Notes: generated by a model not told the origin, from the letters alone. Shown: positions 1 through 15,656, counted from the first letter of the whole stretch. The stretch is DNA of 63,930 bases, filler included, from Cercozoa sp. M6MM (GCA_040357565.1; 13 parts of 13 records of this genome joined end to end with filler, not necessarily neighbours in it); one strand, 5' to 3'. Numbers and translations: made by a program.

Positions 1-63
<63 letters not shown>

Positions 64-95
64 CTGGGTTTGGATGAGTCGATATTTCTGCGCAG

Positions 96-1881
96 GTTTC
101 GTGCCGACCAATTATGTCTGCGAAGAGGGAAACGACTCGACTGTGTTGGACGAAGAGTCAGGTCAGTCTCATTGATATTAGTGGAACTGACGAACACACA
201 AGAACGACTTTGTCCTGCAGGGTCGGTCGATTTCCAGGACGATGAGTACTTTGACAGCTACGCCACTCTCACCATCCACCACGAGATGATTAGCGACAAG
301 GTGGCGTTTCTTCCCTGTATTACAGTCATCCAGTCAGTTTGCCTGACTTGAGTATGACTACAGGCACGAACTGACGCCTACAGGGACGGAATCGAGCTGG
401 TCAAGGATGTAACGCGCGTCTACTGCCAATTGTTGCAATTTTAGACTCGTGTGTGAGCGCAGAAGATCAAGGATAAAGTCGTTTTGGACGTGGGCTGTGG
501 TAGTGGCATTCTGTCGCTGTTTTGTGCAAGGGCCGGCGCCAAGTGAGTTGTGCTTTCACCTGCTTCTACAACTTTCTTGCCTTTCACGGGGCAGAGCTAA
601 CTCTGCATTGGCTTGAAACAGGCACGTTTACGCCGTTGATGCCTCTGACATTATCGAACGCGCTCGGCGTGTGGCTAAAGCGAATGGATACGAGAATACC
701 ATTACGTTCATTCAGGTAGTGTTGCCGTTTACTGTTCTTTCCTGCTGTCTTTGTGTTATTCATGTCATTCTTGGATTCGCTTGAATCCCTACTGTAGTAT
801 ATTCATACCAATTGAGTTGTCGTTGACCTATAGGGCAAAATCGAGCATTTAGACCTGCCAGTGGACAAGGTGAGACTAGTCTGTCTGTCTGTCTGTGCGG
901 TGCAGTAGACGCCAAATTGCATCTTTAACTGCAACTTCAACTGTATCAGGTCGATGTGATTGTGAGCGAGTGGATGGGAACAATGTTGATTTGCGAATCG
1001 ATGATCACGTCGGTTCTGGTAGCACGTGAGCGTTTCTTGCGTCCGGTAGGTTTCTTTCTTCTTGTTAGTGGTCACTTGGATTTCTTCCCTTCCGTGGCAG
1101 GGCGGTCTGATGCTGCCAGGTCGGTCGCGTCTGCTGGTGGCACCGCACACGCAACAGCGAATGTTCCAAGAGCGCATTGAGTTTTGGAACGACGTCTATG
1201 GCTTTGACATGTCGTGCCTCAAGGAGGAGGCCAAGGAGACCTACTTCCACCGGCCTGACTTCAAGCGAGTGATTCCGGCCGACGAGATTTTGGGCGACAA
1301 AGTGCCGGCCTTGGTCCTCGATATGCACACTGCCACCGAGGCCGATCTGGTATCTGCTTCCTTCATTCTTCAATGTGTTATGACCTTCCTGTTCTGCGAC
1401 AGGAACAACAAGGACGAAGTGTTTCGATGCGTGTGACGAAACCCGGTGTTATGCACGGTCTGCTGGCCTGGTTCGACGTCGACTTTGCGTGTCAGCGCAT
1501 TGGTATGTTCGACCCTTTTCTCTATATTATTCTTTACCCCCCCCCCCACAGAACACGAAGACGATGTATCGGAGAATGCGGTAACATTGGATACGTCACC
1601 ACGACACATGCCAACGCACTGGCGACAGGTCGCTTTCACGTTCGCGCACGAGGCGCCGATTTCGGTACACTCGACCTCTGACACTATGCCTCCCTTATTT
1701 TACTACTCTGTCCAAGTAGGTGGAAGAAGGCGACGAGGTGCACGCCGAGATCGAGTTCCGACGCAACCGCAAGTGGCGCCGGCACTACGAAGTATCGCTT
1801 TCGCTGCGCACCGTGCTGCACTCGCAGGGCGGCACTGAAATCACGTGGCCGGCCAAGGTCTTCCCTGCCTGGCAGTACTGA
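96..1881 (+). CDS. PRMT2: Protein arginine N-methyltransferase with N-terminal SH3 domain (PRMT2-like), 5'-partial, about 11 exons
   Basis: The spliced product has the SH3 end GFVPTNYV, then FQDDEYFDSYATLTIHHEMISDK, motif I VLDVGCGSGILSLFCARAGA, VDVIVSEWMG, the THW loop PTHWRQ, and C-terminus RNRKWRRHYEVSLS...KVFPAWQY-TGA (1879-1881). All junctions are GT-AG. Confidence 0.85.
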
Positions 1882-1962
1882 TGCGATCCTCGCCCTCTAA
1901 AGCGACGTCAAGTCGAGTGAAATCAGTAACTATCGTAGCAGCGCAACCAACGTCACACATGA

Positions 1963-4490
1963 TCACAGATTGCGCCGCGAGGTGCCCCACAGCGACGCCG
2001 ACGACGAGCGCGAACTCGGTCTCGACGACGCGTTCTCAAGCGAGCGCATCGGTGCGCGTTCTCTGTTGCTGCTCGTTCCAAAGAGTCGTCGCTTTGTGTC
2101 CCCGCCTGCCTCGGAGGCCATGCGACTCGTTGGCCGCCGTCGATCACGCGAAGGCGACTCGGCCACCGAGCGTCGTCTGTCGCGCCGCGGGGCCGCCATT
2201 GTCTATCCTCACACACTCACATAAACAAACCAAACGTGTGGTAGGGACAGAGGGAACGCACATGTTGCATCTGACTCCGCCGGAAATCCTCGGCGTGCTG
2301 TCGCGCATTCGACGTGACTGAGCGAGCGCGACGCGTGCGTGCGCGTGGCCACGCTCCTTGTGACTGTGACTGTTGTTGCTGCTGCTGTTGTTGCTGCTGC
2401 TGTGGTAGCGACGAGGCAGACGAGGTCGAAGGCGCGCCAAGCGAGCGGAACACGGACTTGCGTTTCTGTGCAGGTGCGTGCGCTCGCTCCCACTCGTTGA
2501 GCACGTCGAGGTAGCGCCGGCCGTCCTGCAGACAGAAGTGTCCGAAGCGCGACTCGTATTCCTGCAGTGCCGAGCGCAGTTTCGCCGTCAGTTTCGGCAG
2601 GGTCGATTTGAGCACGCGGCGGAACTTCTCGAGTTTGAGCATCATGCCCGGGATCTTGAAGCGGTTCGGGTCCTGCTCGGCAATGTCGTGCGCCGCCTTC
2701 TGCCGCAGGATGGCATCGCGTCGCTCGATCAGCGTCAGCAGCGGCGCCATCAGCTGCAGGCGCTGCTGCGCGCGTTCGCACGCGTCTTGCACCTGCTGCA
2801 GTCGCGCCTCGCAGTCGTCTCCTTCGTAAGCGCCCTGCAGTTGCACGGCAAAGGCACACGACGCCATGCGCTCCTCCACCGGCGTGTGCGAACGCTCCCA
2901 CAACTCGCGCAGTCGCTGCACGCTCTGGCCCAGGAGTTCACGCAGCCGCCGCCGCTTGTCCTGATTGAGTTGCCGCAGACACTGCTCGCACGCCTGGATC
3001 GTGCGCAGGCCGAGTCCCTGGTACTGCGACAAGAACTCCTTCTGCGCCTCCTGCGGCACGCCCAGTAGCTTCCACAGTCGCGTGATGTCGGCGGCCAAAC
3101 GCCTCAAGTGCGCCTCTCTTCGCTGCTTTTCCGCCTGCACCATCATGGAATAGAATCTTACGAGAGCAAGGGAAAAAAGCAGCAGGCAGCCTAAAGCTTC
3201 AAGCAAAAGAAAAGCAAACCAAAGTCAAAATTAAAAAAAAAACTTACAGCCAAAACATCACGTCGCTGCTGCAGCGCTTCGAGCGTGTGTTGCGTCAGAT
3301 CGAAAAGCGAGCGACGGCAGACTTCATCGGTGCCGTTCTTCAACAGCAATCGATCAGCCTCGCTCAGCTCGTGCTCATCGAGATTCATGCTGCGCAGCAG
3401 TGCCTCCATATCGAGACACAGCAAGCGACGTTGTTCCTTGTGCTGATTGCAGCGCTGTCGCACCGCATCGACCTTGGAGGCCAAGTCACGCGTACGAGAC
3501 GACGTCAGATCCGAGTGACGATCGATGCGCACGTACTCGGGATCATTCACGTCGACGGTACACTGGTCGCCACACCAACCAGGCGCACCGATTTGCTCCC
3601 ACAACTCACGAAGCGACGAAAGCAACTCTGTGTGCCACCAAGCAACGTCACTAAAAGTGCACAAAAAGAAAGCGACAATAAGGGTACCTTGCAGTTCATT
3701 CATTCGCGCTTCTCTCTTCGCGTTGAGCACTGTAAAAACTTGCTCGATAGCGTCGGCTCGTGTTCGAAGTGGCAACGAGCTGTTGTCAGCCGGGAGTGTT
3801 GGCCGCGGGTGCATGTCGAGCTGCTGCACGATCAGTTCGCACTCCTGTCTCATTTCGGCGATGCGCTGCCGCAATTTGTCGCGCTCGGTGTTGACTTCGA
3901 CGACGGCGTCGCGAAAGGCATTGCGCACGCGCGTGGCCAGTGCTGTGATACGCGCTTTCTGCTCTTCAGTATCGGTGACGCCGATCTCACTCCAGACCTG
4001 TCCAGTTTCATATCAAACAATACGGTATAGTCTCCAACAGATGGAAGCAATCGAGAGAACTGAAAGCTACGGCTGAAAGGTGCTCTTGTGTTCGAGTCAG
4101 CATCGGGATGAGACCGAAGGGGTCACCTGTTGCACTTGCGGTTGCTTGCTGTGAGTGCGCGTATGAGAGTGTGTGCGAGTGCTGCGATGCTTGGTGCGAT
4201 ACTTGCGAGTGGAAGCTTGGCGTTCGTGTATGCACGCGTCGCGCGCACGGACTCTGAGTGTTCTGTGCTACCGGACTACGTGGCTCATGCCGTGCTCGTC
4301 TCGGTGGCAGCGGAGATGGCAAAGGGGACTGTAAAGGCGACGCTACCGCCGACGGACTCAGACCTGCACGAATAACGGGGAATGATCCAATCAGAACAGT
4401 CCACAGCAGCTACAACCATCTGAGCTTAAAGAGCAGGCAGTTACCTGACCTTATGTCTGCCTGGTTGCTTCCGCGCGGAGGCGTCATCAT
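1963..4490 (-). CDS. MAP65/Ase1/PRC1 family microtubule-bundling protein
   Basis: Coiled-coil N-terminal half, the conserved motif DPNRFKIPGMMLKLEKFRRVLKSTLPKL...EYESRFGHFCLQDGRRYLDVL, and an S/R-rich disordered tail. Inferred start MMTPPRGSNQ at 4490. Confidence 0.8.
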
Positions 4491-4797
4491 TCGCGACCTG
4501 CCCCGTTGGGATGAAAAACGCTACTGCCTGCTGTGGTTTTGGGAAATCTTCTGTCGCCAGACCGCCTGTCGCGATCTGCCTCCCAACGCACGTTATGAGC
4601 TTCTTAGTGTATCACCAGCCACGTGAGCCACTGTTTGCAGCGTCTAACGCTAAAATGAAATCAAAGGAGTTGCTGGAGCCGGAGTTGGGTTCCAAAAAAG
4701 GCAGCTGGCGTCCAAATGGACGTTGAATGTAGCCGCACAGCAAACAACGGTCAAGTCCTATTCCGTCTACAGTGGCGTTGTGCTACTGTGTCCGATA

Positions 4798-6211
4798 ATG
4801 GCGAGCTTGGAGACAGGCGAGTCTCATGAGATTCAAGTGTGCCCGGTGAGCCAACTCGTGCGCGATGTGAGCAATGGGCTCTCGGTCGTCGCAGCAGTCA
4901 TCAGCGGCCGCGATCTCACGGCCACGTCGCTCACGGAACGTATTCGCACGGATTTCAGCGATTTCGACCACATTCGGGCGCGTATCGACCAGCTGCCGGT
5001 GATCAACGACGCCATCCAGTGTCTGCGCGAGCTGTAGCGCCTTCTATCTCCTGCGTTGTCTGTGGCTTTGTCGTGGATATTTTTGTGTTTGTATTCGCAG
5101 GGTCGCCGCAGTCTCTCGAGCAGATCTTCTGAGTGCTCAGCAAGCTCGGTTCCGTGCCCAGGTGGAGGGCGCCGAGTTCGGTACCTTTTTCGCTTGCTTG
5201 GATTTAGGGTCTTGGTTTCGTTTTTCGTTCTTTTTTCGCGAAATTTCACATTTTCAAAAGTATTTCTTTTTGCCTTGTCTTTTTTTTAACTTGTCTTTTT
5301 TAACTAAGGTTTTGTGTTGCGCAGACGAGTACCGGCCGCAGTTTCCGAAGTTTGACGCGCTGGAAGCGGCGGCCAAGATCCTCAAGAACGAGCAGATGCA
5401 GCAGCAGGCGCAGCAACTCAAGCAAGAACTCGAACGGAATGACGAGTTGCCGGACAGCACACTTGAACTCATCGTGCAGTGGAGCCGCACTTTGGTCGCG
5501 TTCCGGCGGAAGCATCTCACGCGCGCTCTCAAATTGCTCGACTTTGTTGTCCCAAAACTGGCTCAAGAGGATGACAGCGAGCCAGAGTTAATTGAGCCGG
5601 AAGTTTCTACTTCGGCTCAGGACTTTTCGACTGAATCGAAATCAACGCTCGCCGGATCGAAATCGACGCAAGCCGAAGCGAAAGCGACTCAACTCGAAGC
5701 GAGAACAGAGGCCGACAGAATTGAAGGCAGCGAAACGCCACAGGAGCGGCCTCAGCACTCGCAGCAGCAAAAGCCAGACAGGCCAGAAACAGCGACGACG
5801 TCAGTTGAAGAGAGAGCCAAGCCGGCTCCCGGAAGCGAAATTCTCGACTACCAACCCGGACTTCGCGCTGCCTTGGCCGACAAGAGCGGCGAAGAATTCC
5901 CTGGTACTTGCTTTTGTTCGATTTCCCCGAGTTGCTTTGCTTTGACTCGAGTGAGTTTTGCTTTTACTCGAGTGAGTTTTGCTTTGCTTTCCGCTTTGAC
6001 TCGAGTGAGTTTTGCTTTGCCTTTGTTTTGTCTAAGTTGTATTGGTGTTGCAGGTAGCACCTGGTGCGTGCCAGAAAAGGTGGTTCGCGACCCAGTCCGC
6101 GACGCAGAGTTTTTTGCACAAATCACGCCCGATTCGGCCCTGTCCCCGCGGAAACGCAGCCGGCAGAATGTGCGCATGCTCGCCTCGTACCTGCGCGATG
6201 ACGAAAAATAA
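4798..6211 (+). CDS. Hypothetical protein (about 4 exons, helical N-terminus, acidic/Q-rich middle)
   Basis: Coding-like ORF segments link through GT-AG introns. The intron at about 5904-6053 carries tandem TTGACTCGAGTGAGTTTTGC repeats. No family recognised. Confidence 0.55.
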
Positions 6212-6421
6212 TTCATTGAACGAACACACATTAGCTAAGTTTCGTACGAAGTACTGTACGGTGCACCTTGCTCAAAACAACGAAGTACATACCGTAATAC
6301 TGTATACAAAAAAAAAGCAACTGCCGTGCACAAACTACAGTGGTCTGTAGGTGCAGAAGAGTGCTAGCATTTGTTTGAGGTGGCAAAGGCAGTTCATATT
6401 GCGTTTAAGGCAGTGACAGCA

Positions 6422-6996
6422 ATGACGACCCAGATCCCAGACGGTCGATTTGATTTGTTCTCTTTTGTGTTTGGGTGTATTCAGGGTGTTCTGTAGGCCG
6501 GCGCCAAGTGTCGTTGTCATCTTTTTCGCACCTATTCTGTCAGATGGTAAGTAGAAAGTGGAGTTTCTGCAACTGGTTTGTTGTATTACAGAGGTACCGC
6601 ACATCAGGTAAGCCATGCACTCACAATGGCAAGCGAGACGTCCGAAGTCGAGAATATGCTTTGTGAAATCGGCTATGACGTCGGTACTCTTCTTGTTTGG
6701 TGTCTTTTGGTTTTTCCTTTATTGCGCGAGTGTGAAGGTGCGCGCACACTCGAGCTGGTCGCCCTGCGTGATCACAGTGGCATCAAGTTTCCGGTACTCC
6801 GTGTTGTGATTGTACTGCCGAGACTGGAGTACACTTGTTGACACACAGACCAGACAAGCGGCGCTGCAGTTTGTTCAACACGCCGTGTGGCGTTCTCTTT
6901 TCGCCAAAAGTGCCGAACGACTCGAGCCGAACAGCAGCAATGTAGTCATTTATATATAGATATATATTTTTTTAAATATTTTTTTAAACATATATT

Positions 6997-7031
<35 letters not shown>

Positions 7032-7473
7032 GTTTTTCATAGATATATATATATATGTATCTATATATATATAATATACATAATGTACAGTCGGAAGAGT
7101 GGTTCCTAACCGATCTGTCTCCACTCACGAATCGCTACGTTCACGTACCAGAGGTACTGCCCAGTATTTGTACTCTAACCGTAATACCCCCCCCCCCCTG
7201 TTTCAGGAGTACGGCGAGTTGAATTGTGCTGCCTTTCAAGCCGGCATCATCAAGGGTGCGCTCTGCGAAGCTGGTAGCGCTGTGTTCTTGTGATGCACTG
7301 CTTGGTCTCTTTGTGTCTATGTGTTGGTCGGTTGGACAGGCGCCAAGTGCGAGGTGCTGGCTCACACGGTGCGACCGCAGTCGTCGCAGCAGACAGCTGG
7401 TGCAAGCGAGAGCTACACCGTGTTCGCCATCACCTTCGTCGACTCTGAGGAAGCCGCTCTGTTCGGCTGCTAG
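6422..7473 (+). CDS. TRAPPC5: TRAPP complex subunit 5 (Trs31)
   Basis: Spliced product: QVSLSSFSHLFCQM...EIGYDVGARTLELV...LQFVQHAVWRSLFAKSAERLE...PLTNRYVHVPEEYGELNCAAFQAGIIKGAL, ending at TAG 7471-7473. Confidence 0.8.
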
Positions 7474-7879
7474 CCTAGCTCACTTCGTTACCGTACTGTA
7501 CATCGCATTCGATTGTCGGGTCTTCCGTCCGCGCGGAGCTACAACACTAGCGTAGGATTGACGCGATCACAGATCGGATACTGCACTCCCTCACTCACCC
7601 ACTCACTCACTTATCTAAGATCGCGGAGAAATTGCTCCAGTTCTCCTAGGCGCCTGACTAGGGAACTATGTCCGCACACAAACTGCATTCCCTCATGTGG
7701 CAGGAGGCACAGCCTTCAGGGGGAGATGACGCAGCTGTCAGCATGATCACGGTACAGTACTGTACTGTATCTCAGTGAAGGCGCAATGGTGGCAGAACTT
7801 GCCCGTACTTGCACTCAATGACAGAATAGGAATATAACACAGCGTTTTAAGCGTTTTGAATCAGCGCACACGTGTGCTA

Positions 7880-8277
7880 AATCATAGTTCAGGAGTGTTT
7901 AGTTGATGGTCAAAATCATTTAAAGCGACAGTCCCCTTAAACTGTGTCATATAATGCACTGTTCCAACGAAACCCAACAAGTTGGCTACCAAGTGCTGGG
8001 GATATAAATTGCTTCTACAACACGCTGGGAACGGTCCTGACACCAATCGCTGATCGGACGAGCAGTAACCGCCCGAAACCTCGGTTTTCGTTGATCGAAC
8101 TCTTGCTTTTTGCGGTCTCAACATCGAGCAGGAGTACTGCCCGTTACAAGGAAAACGCCTCAAATATGTCCAGAAAACGAGACCTTTAATATGTCCAAGA
8201 TCAAATGTCCACGCGTGGACTAATTGTCCGTGTTGGACTCAGCGTCTCAATAAATGTCCGGACAACCCCCCCCTCTA
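7880..8277 (-). mobile_element. Possible degenerate hAT-like DNA transposon end
   Basis: The minus strand begins TAGAGGGGGGG..TTGTCCGGAC, with clustered TGTCC/GGAC subterminal motifs (8165-8265). A broken minus-strand frame contains FRWNS (about 7958-7972). Weak evidence. Confidence 0.2.
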
Positions 8278-8358
8278 CCCTGGAGTACAAGTAGGAGAAT
8301 GTTACAATTGAAAAGAGGAGCAATGTGGGAAGCTGCAACTGCAAGAAGTGATGAGTTC

Positions 8359-8498
<140 letters not shown>

Positions 8499-8535
8499 AG
8501 GTACACACATAGACTACACACACACACCCCACGAA

Positions 8536-9297
8536 TTGTTCCTTCGATACTGCTCCCAGGCTGCGATTGCGGCTGCGAATGAGCTGAACACGGTGATCAA
8601 GGACGCAACCTCGAAGTATGAAGGTTTGACGGTGCCTCAAGCGGCGTGGGCAATGTGCGGGCTCGGTCCGCGCTCGGAATTGACTGAGATGGACGACGAC
8701 GATGAGGCACAAGGAGCGACATTCCCAGCAGCAACCTCCAGAGGATCTTGGACGTCGAGTTGTCGCAGAAGCGGCTGGAGGCGGTCAGGAAGAAGAACAA
8801 GCCAAACCTTCGGTTCGAAATTACGCAGCGGCAGCGGGAGCTCGTTGCGATCGCTGGCGAAGGTGCCCGTGAAACGACGCAAAACGACTACCGGGCGCTT
8901 CCTCACGAACGGCGATCATTCAGTATGTTATGTTTGTGGTGCAGTGTGGTGTGCGTGTCCGCGAGTGCGCGAGTGTTTCTGGGTATGTTCATTGTTGCCG
9001 TAGGAAGAGATCGAAACCGACGAGGAGGATGAGTGTGAGATGTCGACTGACGATGACGACTGCAGCTTGGAGAGTGATCAAGTATGCTTCGACACAGAAG
9101 ACCCTGCCAGCGAGTTCGAACAAGGTGACGCACAGCCGACTCGGTTCAGCCGACGTCTCCAGGCACAGCTACGCGCAGTGGCCGCTGACCAGCAGAAAGA
9201 TTCAGCAATGCCGCTCTCCACTTGGGAGAGAGCTCCGATGTCGAGGATGACTGGCCGGAGGAGCTGCAGGCTGCGCAGACACAGACACAGTCAATTG
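8536..9297 (+). pseudogene. Frameshifted or degenerate acidic ORF fragments of unknown origin
   Basis: Coding-like segments (…ELTEMDDDDE, LDVELSQKRLEAVRKKNKP, TDDDDCSLESDQ) lie in different frames without a clean splice path. Confidence 0.2.
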
Positions 9298-9495
9298 GTG
9301 AGTAGTTGTTCCGAAGTTCGTTCAAGTCCCTCATCACGAGTCACATATTGTACTATAGTATGTCTATCTTCAAGGCTTTCCGCCCAGGAATTTCCATCAT
9401 GGCATGACACTGTGACACAGCATCACCTCTTCGAGTTGCCAAAGAGCCAATATGGCATGTGTATCATAGATTGTCATTGTCCGGTGTGTCGCAGT

Positions 9496-9549
<54 letters not shown>

Positions 9550-9649
9550 NNNNNNNNNNNNNNNNNNNNNNNNNNNNNNNNNNNNNNNNNNNNTTAATTA
9601 ATTAANNNNNNNNNNNNNNNNNNNNNNNNNNNNNNNNNNNNNNNNNNNN
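9550..9649. other. Artificial contig linker (N44-TTAATTAATTAA-N44). Identical linkers at 19144, 28643, 31301, 34545, 36863, 41099, 48263, 50460, 54288, 58504 and 60373
   Basis: Identical 100-nt N-flanked spacer with stops in all six frames. Adjacent contigs mostly end in (GT)n/(CA)n or poly-C/G tracts. Confidence 0.95.
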
Positions 9650-9695
9650 CCCCCCTACCCTCTTTACCCCCCTACCCCCTACCCTCCTCCCCCAG

Positions 9696-12011
<2,316 letters not shown>

Positions 12012-12285
12012 GTCGGTGGTTTTACACCGATCGGACTGTCGGTACCGCCAGTTCGATCGGACGCGGTGTGCACTTCCCATCCGGCAACTTTCAGGCAGCT
12101 GTCGCTCAACCGAACGCGAACTTGGCTCACTACTAAGTCGACCCGGCGTGGGCTTACCGCACCCAACGCAATCATCCAAATTTAATGAAAGTCTACGCTA
12201 CCCACGGCAATCGAACGCGTGCTGCGCAGTTAACATCCAGCTTACTTACACGGGCAGTCGCGTTTTACAGTTGACGTCTCCTACG

Positions 12286-12385
12286 CTACCCTAAGCGGGC
12301 GGTAGACACGGCCATGCTCTTGTGACCCACGCAGACCAGTGCAGGGGAACTACCATACATAGTCGGTTTCCTATAAGACTCAACT
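12286..12385 (+). mobile_element. 5'-truncated copy of the LINE 3' UTR
   Basis: Near-identical to the reverse complement of about 39140-39236 (CTACCCTAAGCGGGCGGTAGACACGGCCATGCTCTTGTGACCCAC...AAGACTCAACT). Confidence 0.85.
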
Positions 12386-12484
12386 CTTCTTAATACTGTG
12401 CTGGAAACCGGGCTGAACAATCAAGTTATTACTGTACAGGTCACGGCGTTAACGGTAACATGACGCTCGGCTGCGCTGCAACTG

Positions 12485-14235
12485 CTAATCTGTAGCTGAC
12501 CGGGCCGGCAAGATGTCGAGACGTTGTCGCAACGCCTGCAGCAGTGCCGCGTGGTCAACGATAGCGCACGAGCCGCGGTCGGGTTCACACGGTTGCACGT
12601 GCCTAGAGAACCGATGTAAATTGCAAGTACTGTACATAGAAAGTGTGAAGCACCTGGCGGACATCTGGGCATCCTTCATGCTGATGCGTGACATCACAAC
12701 GTGATGCAGGTCGAGTTGAGTCGGTTTGGCCTCCAGCAAAGCAAATCCTTGCACCAGCAGCACTCGAATCGGTCTATGTGACAGGGAGACACTGACTGGT
12801 ATGTTCTGCAGTGTTGGCAGTATTACCCGGCACTAACAACGCTGACAGTAGGCGTTACTTGTGTCACACGGGAGACTACAGTGCCCGGACACAGTGTATC
12901 TGTACGGTATCAGGAAAAGTCAGAAAGTCTGCACCATCAAAACGACGCAGTGTCATACTGCCGCGAATCTTGGTACACAAGTCGCTGGTGCTATGTGGCG
13001 CACTCTACATATATATATATATATATGTATATATACATTTATTTATTTGTTTATACACGAGATACGAGGATAACTGAAGGTGAAGTACAGTGCGTTGGAA
13101 GGTGTCCCACTGGAGGGCAGACACCGGCACGTGCGCAATGTACAGCGAGTGCTCGTGGAAGGCTCCCACCTGGAACAGTACAGTTCAACTGGCCTACATC
13201 GACTGGAGACACTGAAGGGGGTATTCTACAATGACAGCACTGACATCGGCGTCGTCCTTTCGAACAACGTCGCGTGCCGACAGCACACTCTTGCAAAAGA
13301 AGACGTCGCCACTCAGCGCGTACTGCCCCGCGCGGATGTCAGTGTGTTCACTGGGATCGGCCCACATGCTGGGCATGTCACCCAGCGTCAACTGTACCAA
13401 CACGTGCATACACACACATACAAACACATCGGTAGGGTAAAAAGGCACCTGGATGGAACGCAGGTACTGATAAACCACAGAGGACAGGTCCCAGAACTTT
13501 GTCCTCTCGCGCAGTGCCTTCTTGGCTTGTCTGGAGAGAGGGCTAAAGATAGCACACAGACAGCAAGGGGAACAGGCACAATCTACAGGTCAGTGCTGGC
13601 GTGGAACTCCTCAACGTCCTGCTGAACGAGACGGTAGATGCCCTCCACCATGCCCGCATCCTTTCGCCTGTCTGTGCAAGTGTTATGTGAAGCATCTCCA
13701 CAAATACAAAAGTGTCGGCCAGAAGACACTCAGTACCAAGATGCAGATGGATGGTCTGTGTGTGCAACTGTCCAGCTGCCCAGCACACACACACATAAAC
13801 TCCTGTGCAACCAATGAAAGCAAAGAAGGTAGCCTACATATAGCCAGGGCGAAGAAGGCCAGTGCCAGAAAGGCCAGCAATGATGCCATGCCTCCATAGT
13901 ACCTACAGCACAGTCTATAGCACAGAGGGAAGATGCGATGCAAAGAACAAGAGTACAGGATGGCGAAAAGTTCGATGCACTGGCAACCGACACGGACCAA
14001 ATGGATCCGTTTGATGTCTGTTCACAGGGAGATAGAGAGGATAGATGCCTCACGTGTAATGTACAAAGCAGGGGTACTCTCACTTCGACGCTTTTGGTCG
14101 CATGACACCAACTGTAACATTGCGCGACAGGTACAGTTTAGAAACCTAGGAGCTAAGCAAATTTAGGTAACTGTACATATCGCACAAAGTTGCCAAAGGG
14201 ACGCGGGATCACGTCGTGTTTGACACTAATACAGG

Positions 14236-14270
<35 letters not shown>

Positions 14271-15656
14271 GTATATATAGACATAGGTATATATAGATAT
14301 AGACACAGGTATATATACATATATAACGGTATAGAACACAGGGCTACATACATGTCAGGGGTGAGGTCATGTAGCACAACGCCAAAGACCCACTGCGCAA
14401 TGAGGTAGCAGAAGCCTTGCACTCGGTGTGCCGTGGGAGACTGCGCAAAGTGTGCAGATAAACTACCAACCAAAGACACAGTCGAGTGTCTTACATGCGT
14501 GGCCAGCAGGAACATCAGGTGGCACGCATCGCCTACCCCGCACACACAGAGCAGGTACTAACAACACTTATAATATACTGTAAGGGTGTGTACATGCCAG
14601 ATCGGCACTGTTGGCAGCTGCGCAGGCCCACAACTCGTGCCGCACCTCGACAAAAGTGCGCACACGTTGGGTCAAGTCGAGACACGCGAAGCAGGCCACA
14701 CCGACCAGTAGTTCCTGTTGTTCCCATGATTTACACACCCCAATCTCGTGCGAGAAGGAAGGGAGTACCGTGGAGTTAGCAATCTCGTGCGAGAAGAGAG
14801 CGCAGAAGGCAAAGAGCCAGCACGAGGCGGCGGCGTGACCGACAACAAAGCCGGTGCGCGCCTTGCCCGACGGCAGCACGCGGTGCAGCGCTCCCTCCCA
14901 CGGCGACCGCTGCGAGTCCTTGATTAGCGCCTTGACGGCACTCAGTGTCTGCGCCTGTGTTGTACTACAGTCCAGCAACATCACCGACAACGCGCATAGG
15001 CAGAAATAATGATAGGAACGTTCAAAAGCACCGCTGCGAACGTCGGACGGGTGACAGAAAGCGCGTCAGGAAGAAGTACAACTGACGCACCAACACCACC
15101 TGGTGCACCAGTGCCAGTCGCTCGAACAGACGCAGTAGCGGGTGGAAAGGCCACAAAACCACCATCAGCACCATGCCTCCGATGCTTAGTTTCCTTCGCA
15201 CACTTGAAGCCAGTGACACCACCTAAAGCCCAATGTATCTCTCCCACTCAGGTCAGTTGTTTCACTTGCCTGATGCTATCGTACGAAATCTGCCGTCAGC
15301 AGTACCGAAGACAGCATGAACGGAACCGGCGCACCCAGCAGCAACAGCAACTGCAGCCCTGCTCAGCACACAGACTGTTTTACCAAGCGTTTGCCAATAT
15401 AAATAGGGGAAGCAACGATAAATTTACAGCCTTCTCCAGCGCTAGCATGCCGAAAGTACGCCTGTACGAAGCCGAGCGCCGCGACACACTCCAGAAACCC
15501 AATCGTCACATCCTGGAAGATCAAGTTCAACGGCCGAAGGTCGACAGAGCAGATGATGTACCAGTGTAAGGAGGGGGAGCGTTGACTGCGTAAAAACGCG
15601 TCGCATCCCTGGAACCTCCGGAGCCAAAAACAAGCTCCTAGCACGATCCAGCGCAC
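12485..15656 (-). CDS. Multi-exon hypothetical membrane protein (boundaries approximate)
   Basis: Minus-strand exons flanked by GT-AG introns and microsatellites, with several hydrophobic segments (e.g. MASLLAFLALAFFALAI). Family not recognised. Confidence 0.45.

Noticed and set aside
9550-9649. Recurrent TTAATTAATTAA flanked by Ns
   Set aside because: Artificial six-frame-stop contig linker. Gene adjacency across these linkers cannot be assumed.
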